Part shown: positions 1 through 9,210 of the stretch, in pieces
How positions within the stretch are numbered: position 1 is the first letter of the stretch
Layout of the letters: each line of letters starts with the position of its first letter
Origin: Promethearchaeota archaeon
GTDB taxonomy: Archaea; Asgardarchaeota; Lokiarchaeia; Sigyniarchaeales; SOKP01
NCBI GenBank assembly: GCA_016930515.1
Contig: JAFGGO010000082.1
Coordinates: 1-32,764, forward strand
Length of the DNA: 32,764 nt
Direction: 5' to 3'
Translations under genes and position numbers: made by a program
The notes under the pieces: generated by a model
Database searches by the model: none
The model's input: the letters and a program-made list of their open reading frames with translations, nothing else
What the model was told of the DNA's origin: nothing

Positions 1-1
1 A

Positions 2-532
2 ATAATAGGATTTGCTTTAACCACCGATTTAATAATAAATTACTTTGGTTTGGTTTTTCGTCTCATTGGGGACATCATTCATTTTGCATCGTTGTTTTTA
101 TTGTTCTTATTCTTTGAAACAACGCCATCATTTGCGGAATTTGAATGGAAGGATAAGGTGGAAAGTATTTATATAATGCATAGGTCTGGATTGCTCTTAT
201 ATCAAAAAAAAATAAATCGAAACGATCAGCAGGAATTCTACGAGGCATCACAATCGGGAGTATTAACCACGCTTAAGATGATGTTGGATAATATTAGCGA
301 TCAACAGGAGGCAACATTCATTGAAAAAAAGGGAAAATTTGTTCTCATCCAACCTGGAACCTACATTTATGGCGTTCTTATATGCAAGAAAAAATTAAAT
401 TCTTTGATTTCTATTTTGTTAGATATTATTCAAAAAATTGAAGGTATATATTCTGGAGTTCTTGATAATTGGGACGGAAATCTTGTTGTTTTCAAACCAT
501 TAAGCGAGATCGTAAAGGAATTTCTTTATTGA
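2..532 (+). CDS. 5'-truncated membrane protein with C-terminal longin/roadblock-like domain
   Basis: Frame is open from position 2 (IIGFALTTDL...). Hydrophobic helices precede IYIMHRSGLLLYQK and a beta-beta-alpha-beta-beta-beta-alpha pattern typical of longin-like domains; the fold call is inference. Confidence 0.6.
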   Translation: MIGFALTTDLIINYFGLVFRLIGDIIHFASLFLLFLFFETTPSFAEFEWKDKVESIYIMHRSGLLLYQKKINRNDQQEFYEASQSGVLTTLKMMLDNISDQQEATFIEKKGKFVLIQPGTYIYGVLICKKKLNSLISILLDIIQKIEGIYSGVLDNWDGNLVVFKPLSEIVKEFLY

Positions 533-604
533 ACTCTTAAATCTTTTAAAAAAGAAAAGAGAAATAATTAAAAAACCTTTTAGTCTTATGAATTGTCTAT
601 ATAA

Positions 605-781
605 TTATTCTTTTGCGAAGAACGCCCCGCATTTACCGCATTTCATTCTTCTTGCATACACGGGAGTTCCCTGCATACTATAATACAGCACCTGTGATTT
701 ATCAGGCTCTTCATGGAGCATTCTTGGGTTCTCGTTGTCGCATTTTGGGCATTTTGCTCGCTTAAATTCTGATTCTGTCAT
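605..781 (-). CDS. 58-aa C4 zinc-ribbon protein (below ORF-track cutoff)
   Basis: Hand translation: MTESEFKRAKCPKCDNENPRMLHEEPDKSQVLYYSMQGTPVYARRMKCGKCGAFFAKE*. Two CxxC pairs; coding-like GC between AT-rich flanks. Confidence 0.85.
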   Translation of the reverse strand: MTESEFKRAKCPKCDNENPRMLHEEPDKSQVLYYSMQGTPVYARRMKCGKCGAFFAKE

Positions 782-907
782 GATCTTACTCGTAAAAAAA
801 AAAATTATATTTTAACGAAAACATAGAGTAAATTAATATAAATTATAAGTTTTCTTTGTTGTTCCGTGATCGTAATACGAATAAGTCTTATACACAATAG
901 TTTGAAT

Positions 908-1765
908 TCACATGTTAATATTTTTAAGTGCTTTTTCTAATAGAAAGGTAAATCCAGGATAATTATTCTTACGAATAAAATATTTCTTTGCTGAAATCCC
1001 CCATCGCTTATTATAGCGCATTGCATCTATAAAAAAAGCATGATCCACGATCTGGCTGCCTCCAACAACATCAACCCCTCTTAAAAACAGCGGATCAGGA
1101 AAAAAACCTCCAGTTGGCCCGATAATAGACACGAATTCCGCTCCAATGCAATTTTCCAAAATGGCATCTATAGTATCGTTCATGATAGTGGTGCTAGTGA
1201 TCAATATTTTTGTACATTTTAACAACCTTCTCGGATCTAAGGTCACTTCCCAACCGTCAGAACCCCTCAAGTGTTCTTTTTTTTTCTCGACAACGACCAG
1301 CCTTAGTCCCATTTGAACGATTTTTCGAACTAATGGCGGAAATAGACCCACCATCCCTACGACATCGTTGGGCCTTAAATCAGGCAATCCGAGGGAGTCT
1401 TCTGTAAAATCAAAGGAAAAGCAAGCTTTCCGAAAAACCCATTGAGAGATCGCATTTATTGCCCCCAAACCAAGAGCTCTTTCAACCAAATCGTCTGAAC
1501 TGAATCTCATTGCGATCTCGTAAGGTACTTTACCCTTGAGCTCGCTTAAATCCAGTTTTGATAAGATTTTTTTAACGCGTTTTTCTAAATTCAGGTACAT
1601 TAATCCGACCGATCCATCTTCTAAAACGATCGCACCAAAATTAGAAGTTTTATTTTCCTTTATGGAAGCATTAACGGCGGGAAAAAAAGCACTCGAAATC
1701 AAAGGAATTTCTACTTTTTCATTAACCTTTTTTGTCATGTAAATGAATTCCTTAGTGATTGTCAT
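908..1765 (-). CDS. DUF364/DUF4213 Rossmann-like protein (putative heavy-metal chelation family)
   Basis: Motifs RALGLGAINA, VGMVGLFPP, ITSTTIMNDTID, IGPT and LFLRGVDVVGG match DUF364. Confidence 0.8.
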   Translation of the reverse strand: MTITKEFIYMTKKVNEKVEIPLISSAFFPAVNASIKENKTSNFGAIVLEDGSVGLMYLNLEKRVKKILSKLDLSELKGKVPYEIAMRFSSDDLVERALGLGAINAISQWVFRKACFSFDFTEDSLGLPDLRPNDVVGMVGLFPPLVRKIVQMGLRLVVVEKKKEHLRGSDGWEVTLDPRRLLKCTKILITSTTIMNDTIDAILENCIGAEFVSIIGPTGGFFPDPLFLRGVDVVGGSQIVDHAFFIDAMRYNKRWGISAKKYFIRKNNYPGFTFLLEKALKNINM

Positions 1766-1810
1766 TGTTGATTCAACTTTTTCTATGTGATCATGTGATA
1801 AGAGAGGAGT

Positions 1811-2344
1811 TTAATCATTCAAAAGAAGTGTTTTTTCGAGAATTTCGCTCGTTATATCTTCAATGGTTCTTCCTGTTGTTTCTATAATAATTTCAGCTGC
1901 GGCTTGGTAAAAAGGACGCCGGAAATTTAATACATTTTCGATTTCGGTTTTAGGGTCTTTTTTATTGATAACTGGTCGAGATTCCTTACCATCTTTCATC
2001 GCTCTATCATATATTTCCCTCGTGCTGGCAGTTAAAAGAACGATGTGACAACTGCGCTTTAAGTAATCAATATTTATTTTGTTTAGAATAACGCCTCCTC
2101 CACAAGATACGACCACATGTGTCATTTCAGAAGCTTTTTTACATGCTGCGATCTCGTATTCTCTAAATCGAATTTCACCATCTTCTGAAAATATACTTGG
2201 AATACTTTTTCCCGCATCCTTAACGATTAATTGATCAGTTTCTATAAATGAATAATCCTTCCCTATTTTTTCAACGAGTATTTTTCCAATAGTGCTTTTC
2301 CCCGTTGCCATAAACCCAATGAGAGCGATGGAATCTTTAACCAT
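1811..2344 (-). CDS. aroK: Shikimate kinase (P-loop, bacterial AroK type)
   Basis: IGFMATGKST Walker A, IFSEDGEIRFREYE, SCGGG, RP lid and RRPFY. Confidence 0.93.
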   Translation of the reverse strand: MVKDSIALIGFMATGKSTIGKILVEKIGKDYSFIETDQLIVKDAGKSIPSIFSEDGEIRFREYEIAACKKASEMTHVVVSCGGGVILNKINIDYLKRSCHIVLLTASTREIYDRAMKDGKESRPVINKKDPKTEIENVLNFRRPFYQAAAEIIIETTGRTIEDITSEILEKTLLLND

Positions 2345-2619
2345 ACTTAATAATAAATCACGATCGACTTATATAGTATATCATCTTCTCAACGAAGATT
2401 TGGACTTATAAATATGGCTTAACACCATTTTCCACTTTTTCTTGGGAATAATAAACCTAAAAATGAAAAAAAAGAGGATTTTAAGCTCTAAATCACGAAA
2501 ATCAATATTTTTGAATTTCTCGAGAAGTATTAAGTTTTTATAGAATCCAACGAACAGATATTATATCAGACTATTTTTTTATAATTATAAAAACCAAAAA
2601 TGGAATGGTAGCGATTTAA

Positions 2620-4617
2620 ATGGCATATAATAACGAAAATGTATTTGATATGGAAGAATCTGACAGACTTAGAGAAGAAAAAGAGCGAAAGGAAAAAGAA
2701 AGATTGGAAAAAGAATGGTTAGAAAGCCAAAAAGAGAACAATAAGCTATATCCAAACAATATACTTTTTGTCATACCCAGTTGGGGCGATTTACTCGGAT
2801 ATCCTACTTTAGGAACATACGCTCATCATAATGTGTTAAAAATCGATACCGACCTCGTTGTATTTCTTGGCGGATACGATTATTCGATAGAAACGGAGAA
2901 TGGGACGTTGCATTTTCTTTTTGGATTAGGTTTTCACTATTTGAAATTTGAAATAGAATCTGGCAAATATATCACAGATCATAGAACTTTAACTTGTTTA
3001 GTTTTAAGCGATTTCGTTTACGATCACATGGCATCTTCTAAAAACATAACATTAGAAAACGATAGAGATGTGGTAATCGCGGAAAAAGTCGTGCGAGTGC
3101 CAATCGATTTGTCATTCAAGTCAGAAAATCAAATCACATTCATTAAGGGGGCCTTGATGAGGAATGTGTTCATTCCAAATAAGGACGCAATATTACACTT
3201 TATCGATCACATTCGAGATCCTGGAACCTACCAAATTTCTCAATATGGACACATGATCTTGAGCACGCATTCAAATTTTTACGATACTATTCTTGTATCC
3301 GAAAAAATGCGATCAAATCCCTATAAAACATACTTGGAATCTGCTGCTGGACTAAGTGGGATCGTTTTTGGTGCCGATCAACTCCTGAAGGAAACTGTTT
3401 CGTCAATAAACCTTCAGATCATCGAACACAATATATCTCAATTGAAAGAGATATTTTCCAGATGTGAATTCGATCCAATGTATCTTTATTCACTCCTCGA
3501 AAACGCTTCAAAAGAGTTAAGAACGGAGGGTCCTCAAATACCCACTACACCAGGAACAACGCCCAAGCAGTCAATCTTTGCCTCTGCGGCAGATAGAATG
3601 GATTCGTATGTAAGTTGGCCACCAAGATTAGTGAGGAAGCCGAGCGAAAAGAAGACAATAATCTCACCTCTTAGCACCGTCAATAAAGCTTATGAAGAAA
3701 CCCAAGTTGTATCTCAAAGTATCCCCATAGGAGATCTAACGCATATTGAATACGAACAGGAAAAATTCGAGCTTAATTCTCTCAAATCGAAACGAGTGGA
3801 ATCTAAACCCCTTCCCAATCCTCCTGGACAGAATATAAAGGAGATCATTTCCTATCTACTCAGCGTCATAAACAACGATTATGACATGCGCTCTTTAGGA
3901 ATGGCATTCGAGATTTGCCGTGACGTCATGAACCAAATGAGTATTAGCTCGTCAAAGATGCTCCAAAAGGATATATGGGAGATGAGCAAGTATGCTAACC
4001 TATACTCCAAAAAAGAGGGCAATTTAAGCCTTCCTCCAAAGGAAAAAGCCGAACTACTTGAAAAATTTATTAATTGGACTTCAAGAATCGAAGAAGAAGA
4101 GAGATTAGAACGAGAAAGATTAGAACGAGCCCGAAGAGAAAAGGAAAGAAAGGAGAGAGAAGCAAGAGAAGCAATAGAGCGGCAAAGAAGAGCCGAAGAG
4201 CAATTCCAAAGGGAACAGGCAGAACGAGAACGCTTGGAAAAGGAAAGAAAGTTGCTCGAAGAAAAAAGGACGGAGATAGCTCGATTAAATAAAATAAAAG
4301 AACAACAAGAACAAGTTAAAAAAGAGAAAGAAGCATTAGAGCGGCAAAGGATCGAAAACGAAAAACGAGAAAGAGAAAGACAGATAAAAGAAGCTAAAGC
4401 TAGGGAAATTGAGGAGAAACTAAGGCAAGAAAGAGAGAAGCAAGAAGCATTGCAAAGGGAAAAGCGGGAACTAGAACGATTGAAAAAAGAACGCAAGCTT
4501 AAAGAGAAAAGGGCAAAGCAGCAATTAAAAAAAGAAAAACAACTCGAGAAACAAAGGCAGAAAATAGAAAAGAAGAAACTAAAAGAACAAGAAAGGATAA
4601 GAAAATTAGACTCGTAA
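2620..4617 (+). CDS. Hypothetical protein: globular N-terminal region, Pro-rich linkers, helical domain and a ~175-aa E/R/K-rich helical tail
   Basis: 665-aa ORF; the C-terminus is almost entirely E/R/K/Q/L/A. Confidence 0.8.
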   Translation: MAYNNENVFDMEESDRLREEKERKEKERLEKEWLESQKENNKLYPNNILFVIPSWGDLLGYPTLGTYAHHNVLKIDTDLVVFLGGYDYSIETENGTLHFLFGLGFHYLKFEIESGKYITDHRTLTCLVLSDFVYDHMASSKNITLENDRDVVIAEKVVRVPIDLSFKSENQITFIKGALMRNVFIPNKDAILHFIDHIRDPGTYQISQYGHMILSTHSNFYDTILVSEKMRSNPYKTYLESAAGLSGIVFGADQLLKETVSSINLQIIEHNISQLKEIFSRCEFDPMYLYSLLENASKELRTEGPQIPTTPGTTPKQSIFASAADRMDSYVSWPPRLVRKPSEKKTIISPLSTVNKAYEETQVVSQSIPIGDLTHIEYEQEKFELNSLKSKRVESKPLPNPPGQNIKEIISYLLSVINNDYDMRSLGMAFEICRDVMNQMSISSSKMLQKDIWEMSKYANLYSKKEGNLSLPPKEKAELLEKFINWTSRIEEEERLERERLERARREKERKEREAREAIERQRRAEEQFQREQAERERLEKERKLLEEKRTEIARLNKIKEQQEQVKKEKEALERQRIENEKRERERQIKEAKAREIEEKLRQEREKQEALQREKRELERLKKERKLKEKRAKQQLKKEKQLEKQRQKIEKKKLKEQERIRKLDS

Positions 4618-4961
4618 AGTATTGAAGATAATTTCTATCCAAATCTTATCATATTTTTCTTTAATTTCTTGCATCCTCTATATAGGAGTAATGTTTAATT
4701 TGGCCAATATTAAGAATTATAGCGTTAATTTAGGAGCCGTGATTAGTACCATTCTTATTGGTCTGAAAATAGTATATCTACTGCTTATAGATCGTTCCTT
4801 TAAAGTTTTTTTTTGAATGGATTACAATGTTTTTTGGATGGATATTTTATTTATAGGTTGGAATCTTGATTTTAAGATGCTAGAAAAATTCTGAAAAATG
4901 AAGTTTTAATGGCAATTTTTATTTAAAATCCTGAATTTTTCAACTAACAATAATTTAAAAC

Positions 4962-5837
4962 ATGATACTAATGACCTTTGCTATATCAGGAACAACTAAA
5001 ATATTTTGCCTTATTGGCCACCCGGTCGAGCATTCCATGTCTCCTACCATGTGGAACGCTGCCCTCCAGGAATTAGGGCTCGATTACACTTATGTAGCTT
5101 TTGATGTCGAATCCAATAATCTTGAAAACGCCATAAAAAGCATGAGAGCATTAGGAATAAAAGGAATGAACGTCACGATCCCTCATAAGGAAGCCGTTAT
5201 CAAATACATGGATGAAGTAGAAGAAGTCGCAATGAAAATGGGTGCCATTAACACCATTAAAAACGATAACGGAGTGTTGAAAGCTAGAAATACGGACGCT
5301 GGGGGCGCACTCAAGTCACTAATAGAGGCAGGATGTAAAATCTCGGGAAAAAATGTACTCTTCTTGGGTTCGGGAGGCGTGGCAAGATCTGTTGCTTATA
5401 TTCTTTCAAATAAAGTTAACAAGATAATACTTACAGATATAGTGGAAAAAAACGCCCTTTCTGTTGCGAACGAGATCAAGAAAAATATGGGTGCGAACAT
5501 CGAAGGTAAATTAGCGAATCTCGAAATGTTGAAAAAAACCATTAACGACATAGATATCCTCATAAACGCAACGCCAATCGGGATGCATCCAAAAATTGAC
5601 AATACCCCCATTCCAAAAGAGTTACTTCACGAGGATTTATTCGTATTTGACGTGATTTATAACCCACTTAAAACGAAATTGCTAAAGGAGGCTTCAGAAA
5701 TAGGATGTAAGACTTTAGGTGGACTTGACATGTTAGTAAATCAAGGAGTGCTCGCTTTCGAATGGTGGACAGGAAAGAATCCAAATTCAACCTTGATGAA
5801 ATCTAAAATCATAGAATTCTTGGGATTAAGACAATAA
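4962..5837 (+). CDS. aroE: Shikimate dehydrogenase
   Basis: GHPVEHSMSP, GMNVTIPHK, GAINT, NTD, GSGGVAR, NATPIGM and GLDMLVNQG. Confidence 0.96.
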   Translation: MILMTFAISGTTKIFCLIGHPVEHSMSPTMWNAALQELGLDYTYVAFDVESNNLENAIKSMRALGIKGMNVTIPHKEAVIKYMDEVEEVAMKMGAINTIKNDNGVLKARNTDAGGALKSLIEAGCKISGKNVLFLGSGGVARSVAYILSNKVNKIILTDIVEKNALSVANEIKKNMGANIEGKLANLEMLKKTINDIDILINATPIGMHPKIDNTPIPKELLHEDLFVFDVIYNPLKTKLLKEASEIGCKTLGGLDMLVNQGVLAFEWWTGKNPNSTLMKSKIIEFLGLRQ

Positions 5838-5914
5838 ATCGTATCGAAACCTTACTATTTAAATCCAATACTTAAATGCTTTTTCTTGACAATTCTTAAA
5901 GGATTTTACATTAT

Positions 5915-7138
5915 ATGGTGTTGATGGAAAAACCGATTGTTTCTGTAGCACATGACGAAAATATCAAAAATGCGGTTATAAAATGTTTAGATTCAATTAA
6001 CCTTCCCGATCTCAACGATAAAACCATCCTCTTGAAACCAAACGTGGGTAGAGAAGCAGGATCCTTGTTAGGAATTAATACAAACTCCGAAGTAGTGAAG
6101 GTTGTTTTTAATTACTTGAAAGAAAGATTTAAAGCGCGCTTCCTAATTGGGGACTCGCCTATCATAAACACGGATACAAAAAAAGCTTTTGAGCAATCGG
6201 GATATTCACTTTTGCTTAAAGAAGAAGGGCTCGAATTTATTGATTTGGACGAGCCCAATCCTATCGAAATAGACATTCCCCAGGGAACAGTATTAAAAAA
6301 CATTAAATTAACAGGATATCTCAATGAAATAGATTATTTAATCTCCATTCCGGTTCTCAAGATGCACATGCATTGCGGGGCTTCGTTAGGGTTTAAAAAT
6401 TTGAAGGGTCTCATATACAAGCGAGAAAAAACGCGTCTTCACCACTTGCAAAATCCAGAAGCGATTGAAGAATTGAAAAAGAAAAACAAAAAAATCAAAG
6501 AATTAGATGTAGCAATCGCGGACCTTGCCCGAGTGATAAAACCAGATTTGGTTGTTATTGATGGATCATATGCAATGGAAGGAATGGGCCCTTCTTCAGG
6601 AGATCAAGTCAGACTCGATACAATCATAGCATCCACGCATCCGATTGCAGCAGATATAGTTGCTCTAGCTTTAGTCCAGCCAGATTGGAATTTAAGCGAT
6701 GTTCCACATGTAGAGATTATTTCTAGCCGCTTAAATCCCTCAATTACTTCTGTAAAGGACATCATGACAATTCCGAGTGATATTCAAAACTTCATCCATC
6801 CAATTGAACCTCCTCCAACAACCATCACTATAAAATATAAAAATGTGCATTTAGTGGATGTTGATTCGTGTTCTGCTTGCCTTTCGACGATATTTAACTT
6901 GTTAAAAAATAATAAGGACCTAATTGATACGCTTTTTACGACAAAAAGTCCTTTAAGATTAGCCATTGGAAAAGGAATTAAGGATTCAGACCTCTACGAA
7001 GACACCTACTTAATTGGAAATTGTACCGCAATGCATAAAGGAAAAGGTTGTTGTTTTATTAAGGGTTGTACCCCAGTTGAATCTTCCATAGTAAAAGCAA
7101 TATATGATAATGTAAAATTGAGAAAAAAAAAGGATTAA
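5915..7138 (+). CDS. DUF362 family Fe-S protein with C-terminal Cys-rich domain
   Basis: ILLKPN, PVLKMH, KNLKG, MEGMGP; C-terminal CSAC...GNC...GC.P. Confidence 0.82.
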   Translation: MVLMEKPIVSVAHDENIKNAVIKCLDSINLPDLNDKTILLKPNVGREAGSLLGINTNSEVVKVVFNYLKERFKARFLIGDSPIINTDTKKAFEQSGYSLLLKEEGLEFIDLDEPNPIEIDIPQGTVLKNIKLTGYLNEIDYLISIPVLKMHMHCGASLGFKNLKGLIYKREKTRLHHLQNPEAIEELKKKNKKIKELDVAIADLARVIKPDLVVIDGSYAMEGMGPSSGDQVRLDTIIASTHPIAADIVALALVQPDWNLSDVPHVEIISSRLNPSITSVKDIMTIPSDIQNFIHPIEPPPTTITIKYKNVHLVDVDSCSACLSTIFNLLKNNKDLIDTLFTTKSPLRLAIGKGIKDSDLYEDTYLIGNCTAMHKGKGCCFIKGCTPVESSIVKAIYDNVKLRKKKD

Positions 7139-7483
7139 TTATAACACATTTGTTCCACAATAAGGACAAAATCGCGTGCGTTCCCTCTCTAATTTAACCC
7201 CACAATTAGGACAGAATTGAACAGAGACAACTTCTTCCTCGGGTGTTATATTAATTGAATAAGGATTACTTCGTTGTTCTGATATAATCTCTTTTTGGGT
7301 GTTCGAGGGGTAATAATTCGAATTTGAGCCCTTATTTTGAGATTTTGAGAAATAGATACCAAAATATATGAGTACGCCGATACCACCAGTAAAGATTGCA
7401 AGAATAATTACTAGAACCCAATTAATTTCTTCTTTTTCCTGTGGAACCGCTTCTTTTTGTTTATAAATTGATTGTGTTTCCAT
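7139..7483 (-). CDS. Membrane-hairpin protein with C-terminal zinc ribbon (paralog of the neighbouring gene)
   Basis: WVLVIILAIFTGGIGVLIYFGIYFSK; FCPNCG...FCPYCG. Confidence 0.8.
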   Translation of the reverse strand: METQSIYKQKEAVPQEKEEINWVLVIILAIFTGGIGVLIYFGIYFSKSQNKGSNSNYYPSNTQKEIISEQRSNPYSINITPEEEVVSVQFCPNCGVKLERERTRFCPYCGTNVL

Positions 7484-7613
7484 TTTTATTCATTTTTTTT
7501 TTTTATTTCTTATGATATATAAAAAGCAGGACTTACTAAAATGATCTGGAGTCCAATTGTAGAATTAAACTAAAAAGAAGATATAAAATAAATATAATCA
7601 TATTTAAAAAGTT

Positions 7614-7997
7614 TTAGAGCTTAGTTCCGCAATTTTTACAGAATTTGGCTCCAGGTTCAATATTTTCTCCACAAAATCCGCAATATTCCAAAATATTATC
7701 GGTTTTTTTCATATTTTGAGGTTTTTTTATTTGATTTTGTTGTTGTTCTCTAAGAACATAAGGATTTTGACTGGTCTGGACTTGTTGTTGATCATCGGAT
7801 CCTGGAAGACAGATAGTGTTACAATGAACGCAACGATCTGGTGGTTTAGAATAGTAAATGGCTAAATAAATTAGTAAACCGATTCCAGCAGTGAAAAATA
7901 AAAGGATTATAGCGAGACAAACATCAAATTCTTCTCTCTTTAAGAGTACATTTTGCTCACAATAATTGCAATATCCAACATTACTTGAAAGACTCAT
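7614..7997 (-). CDS. LITAF-like zinc/membrane-hairpin protein with C-terminal zinc ribbon
   Basis: YCNYC - hydrophobic segment - RCVHC, then YCGFCG...FCKNCG. Confidence 0.75.
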   Translation of the reverse strand: MSLSSNVGYCNYCEQNVLLKREEFDVCLAIILLFFTAGIGLLIYLAIYYSKPPDRCVHCNTICLPGSDDQQQVQTSQNPYVLREQQQNQIKKPQNMKKTDNILEYCGFCGENIEPGAKFCKNCGTKL

Positions 7998-8027
7998 ATT
8001 CTCTATTAAAATAAAGGTATATTTAAC

Positions 8028-8447
8028 TTATAATTTTAATTCATTTAATGCTATACCGCAAGAGGGACAATATTTTAAGCTCTTATCGATTTTTTCGCGA
8101 CAATATGGACATTCAATAATATCGGGTTTACCACCCATATCGATTTGTTTTATTATACGAGTTATTTGGGCTTTTGAGCCCGGGAGCTTGTCGTTCGATT
8201 CGTAGAATTTAACAGGGTTCGAACATCGAGGACAATATTTTTTTTTTTTGATGAGAAAGTGATATATAAGAAAAATTGGCAAGAGAATCCCCAAGCTGGC
8301 TATAATGGTTATTCCCCAAATTTGGGAGTAAAGATCGTTTTTAATCCTTCTTATCGGTTTGACCGCTCTACGACATTTTTTACAATAAGGATATCTGAAT
8401 TCCTTGCCTTTTTTAACGAAAATGATTTGCTTATCTTTATTTTTCAT
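8028..8447 (-). CDS. LITAF-like zinc/membrane-hairpin protein with C-terminal zinc ribbon
   Basis: YCKKC - hydrophobic segment - YCPRC, then CPYC...CPSCG. Start moved to ATG 8447 to avoid overlap with tmk. Confidence 0.75.
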   Translation of the reverse strand: MKNKDKQIIFVKKGKEFRYPYCKKCRRAVKPIRRIKNDLYSQIWGITIIASLGILLPIFLIYHFLIKKKKYCPRCSNPVKFYESNDKLPGSKAQITRIIKQIDMGGKPDIIECPYCREKIDKSLKYCPSCGIALNELKL

Positions 8448-8484
8448 TAAGTTTAATATTATTATATTCTTTAAAAAAACTATC

Positions 8485-9090
8485 ATGCGGTATAGACCTT
8501 TATTCGTCGTATTAGACGGAATTGATGGAAGCGGGACATCTACACATAGCACGCTTCTCAAGGGTTACCTTGAATCGAAGGGTTTGAATGTTCATTTGAC
8601 GAGCGAACCTTCGAACGGCGAAATTGGTAAGCTCTTGAGAATATATCTAAAAGACAAGGATATTCCGTCCATAACCGATGCTTTGCTATTTGCCGCAGAT
8701 CGAAGTCTCCATTATTTCGGAGAAATTAAAAAGAAACTCGATGGAGGCCGTTTTGTCATATCAGATCGGTATCTTGAATCCTCAATCGTATATCAATCAC
8801 TTTCCTCTGACGAAATAACCGTTGAATGGGTTAAGGAGATAAACAAACACGTTAAAAAACCCGATATTACAATAATTCTCGATATTGATCCAAAGATTTC
8901 TCTAAAGAGAAAGAATGACCAAGAATTGGAAAAATTTGAAGAAGTTAGTTTTTTAGACAAAGCCAGGCATTTATATCTTTCTCGAGCAAGAGAAGAAGGA
9001 CATTTTGTAATAAATTCAGACGACATAATCGAGTTAGTCCAAGAGAAGATCCAAGATATTGTAAATAAAAAAATTGAAGAATCAATTTAA
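8485..9090 (+). CDS. tmk: Thymidylate kinase
   Basis: DGIDGSGTST P-loop (T where K is usual), EP, LLFAADR, ISDRY..SS..YQ and PDITIILD. Start set at ATG 8485. Confidence 0.92.
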   Translation: MRYRPLFVVLDGIDGSGTSTHSTLLKGYLESKGLNVHLTSEPSNGEIGKLLRIYLKDKDIPSITDALLFAADRSLHYFGEIKKKLDGGRFVISDRYLESSIVYQSLSSDEITVEWVKEINKHVKKPDITIILDIDPKISLKRKNDQELEKFEEVSFLDKARHLYLSRAREEGHFVINSDDIIELVQEKIQDIVNKKIEESI

Positions 9091-9210
9091 TCTAAATTTA
9101 TTGTTGTTTTATTTGATAAAATCAGAGCTTAGATAAAAAGCAACGAAATATATTTAAAATTATTGTTACATGTAATTGTTAAAAGGATATATGAAAACTA
9201 TATAAAACAG

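Noticed and set aside
3879-4496. 205-aa Ser/Phe/Leu-rich ORF
   Set aside because: Antisense shadow of the E/R/K repeat tail.
4622-4816. 64-aa hydrophobic ORF
   Set aside because: TTG start, very AT-rich, no motifs; likely spurious.
4817-4894. uORF MDYNVFWMDILFIGWNLDFKMLEKF* upstream of aroE with 7 aromatic residues, as a possible aromatic leader
   Set aside because: The aromatic codons are scattered and expected in T-rich DNA, and no downstream hairpin was seen. Revisit only if conserved.
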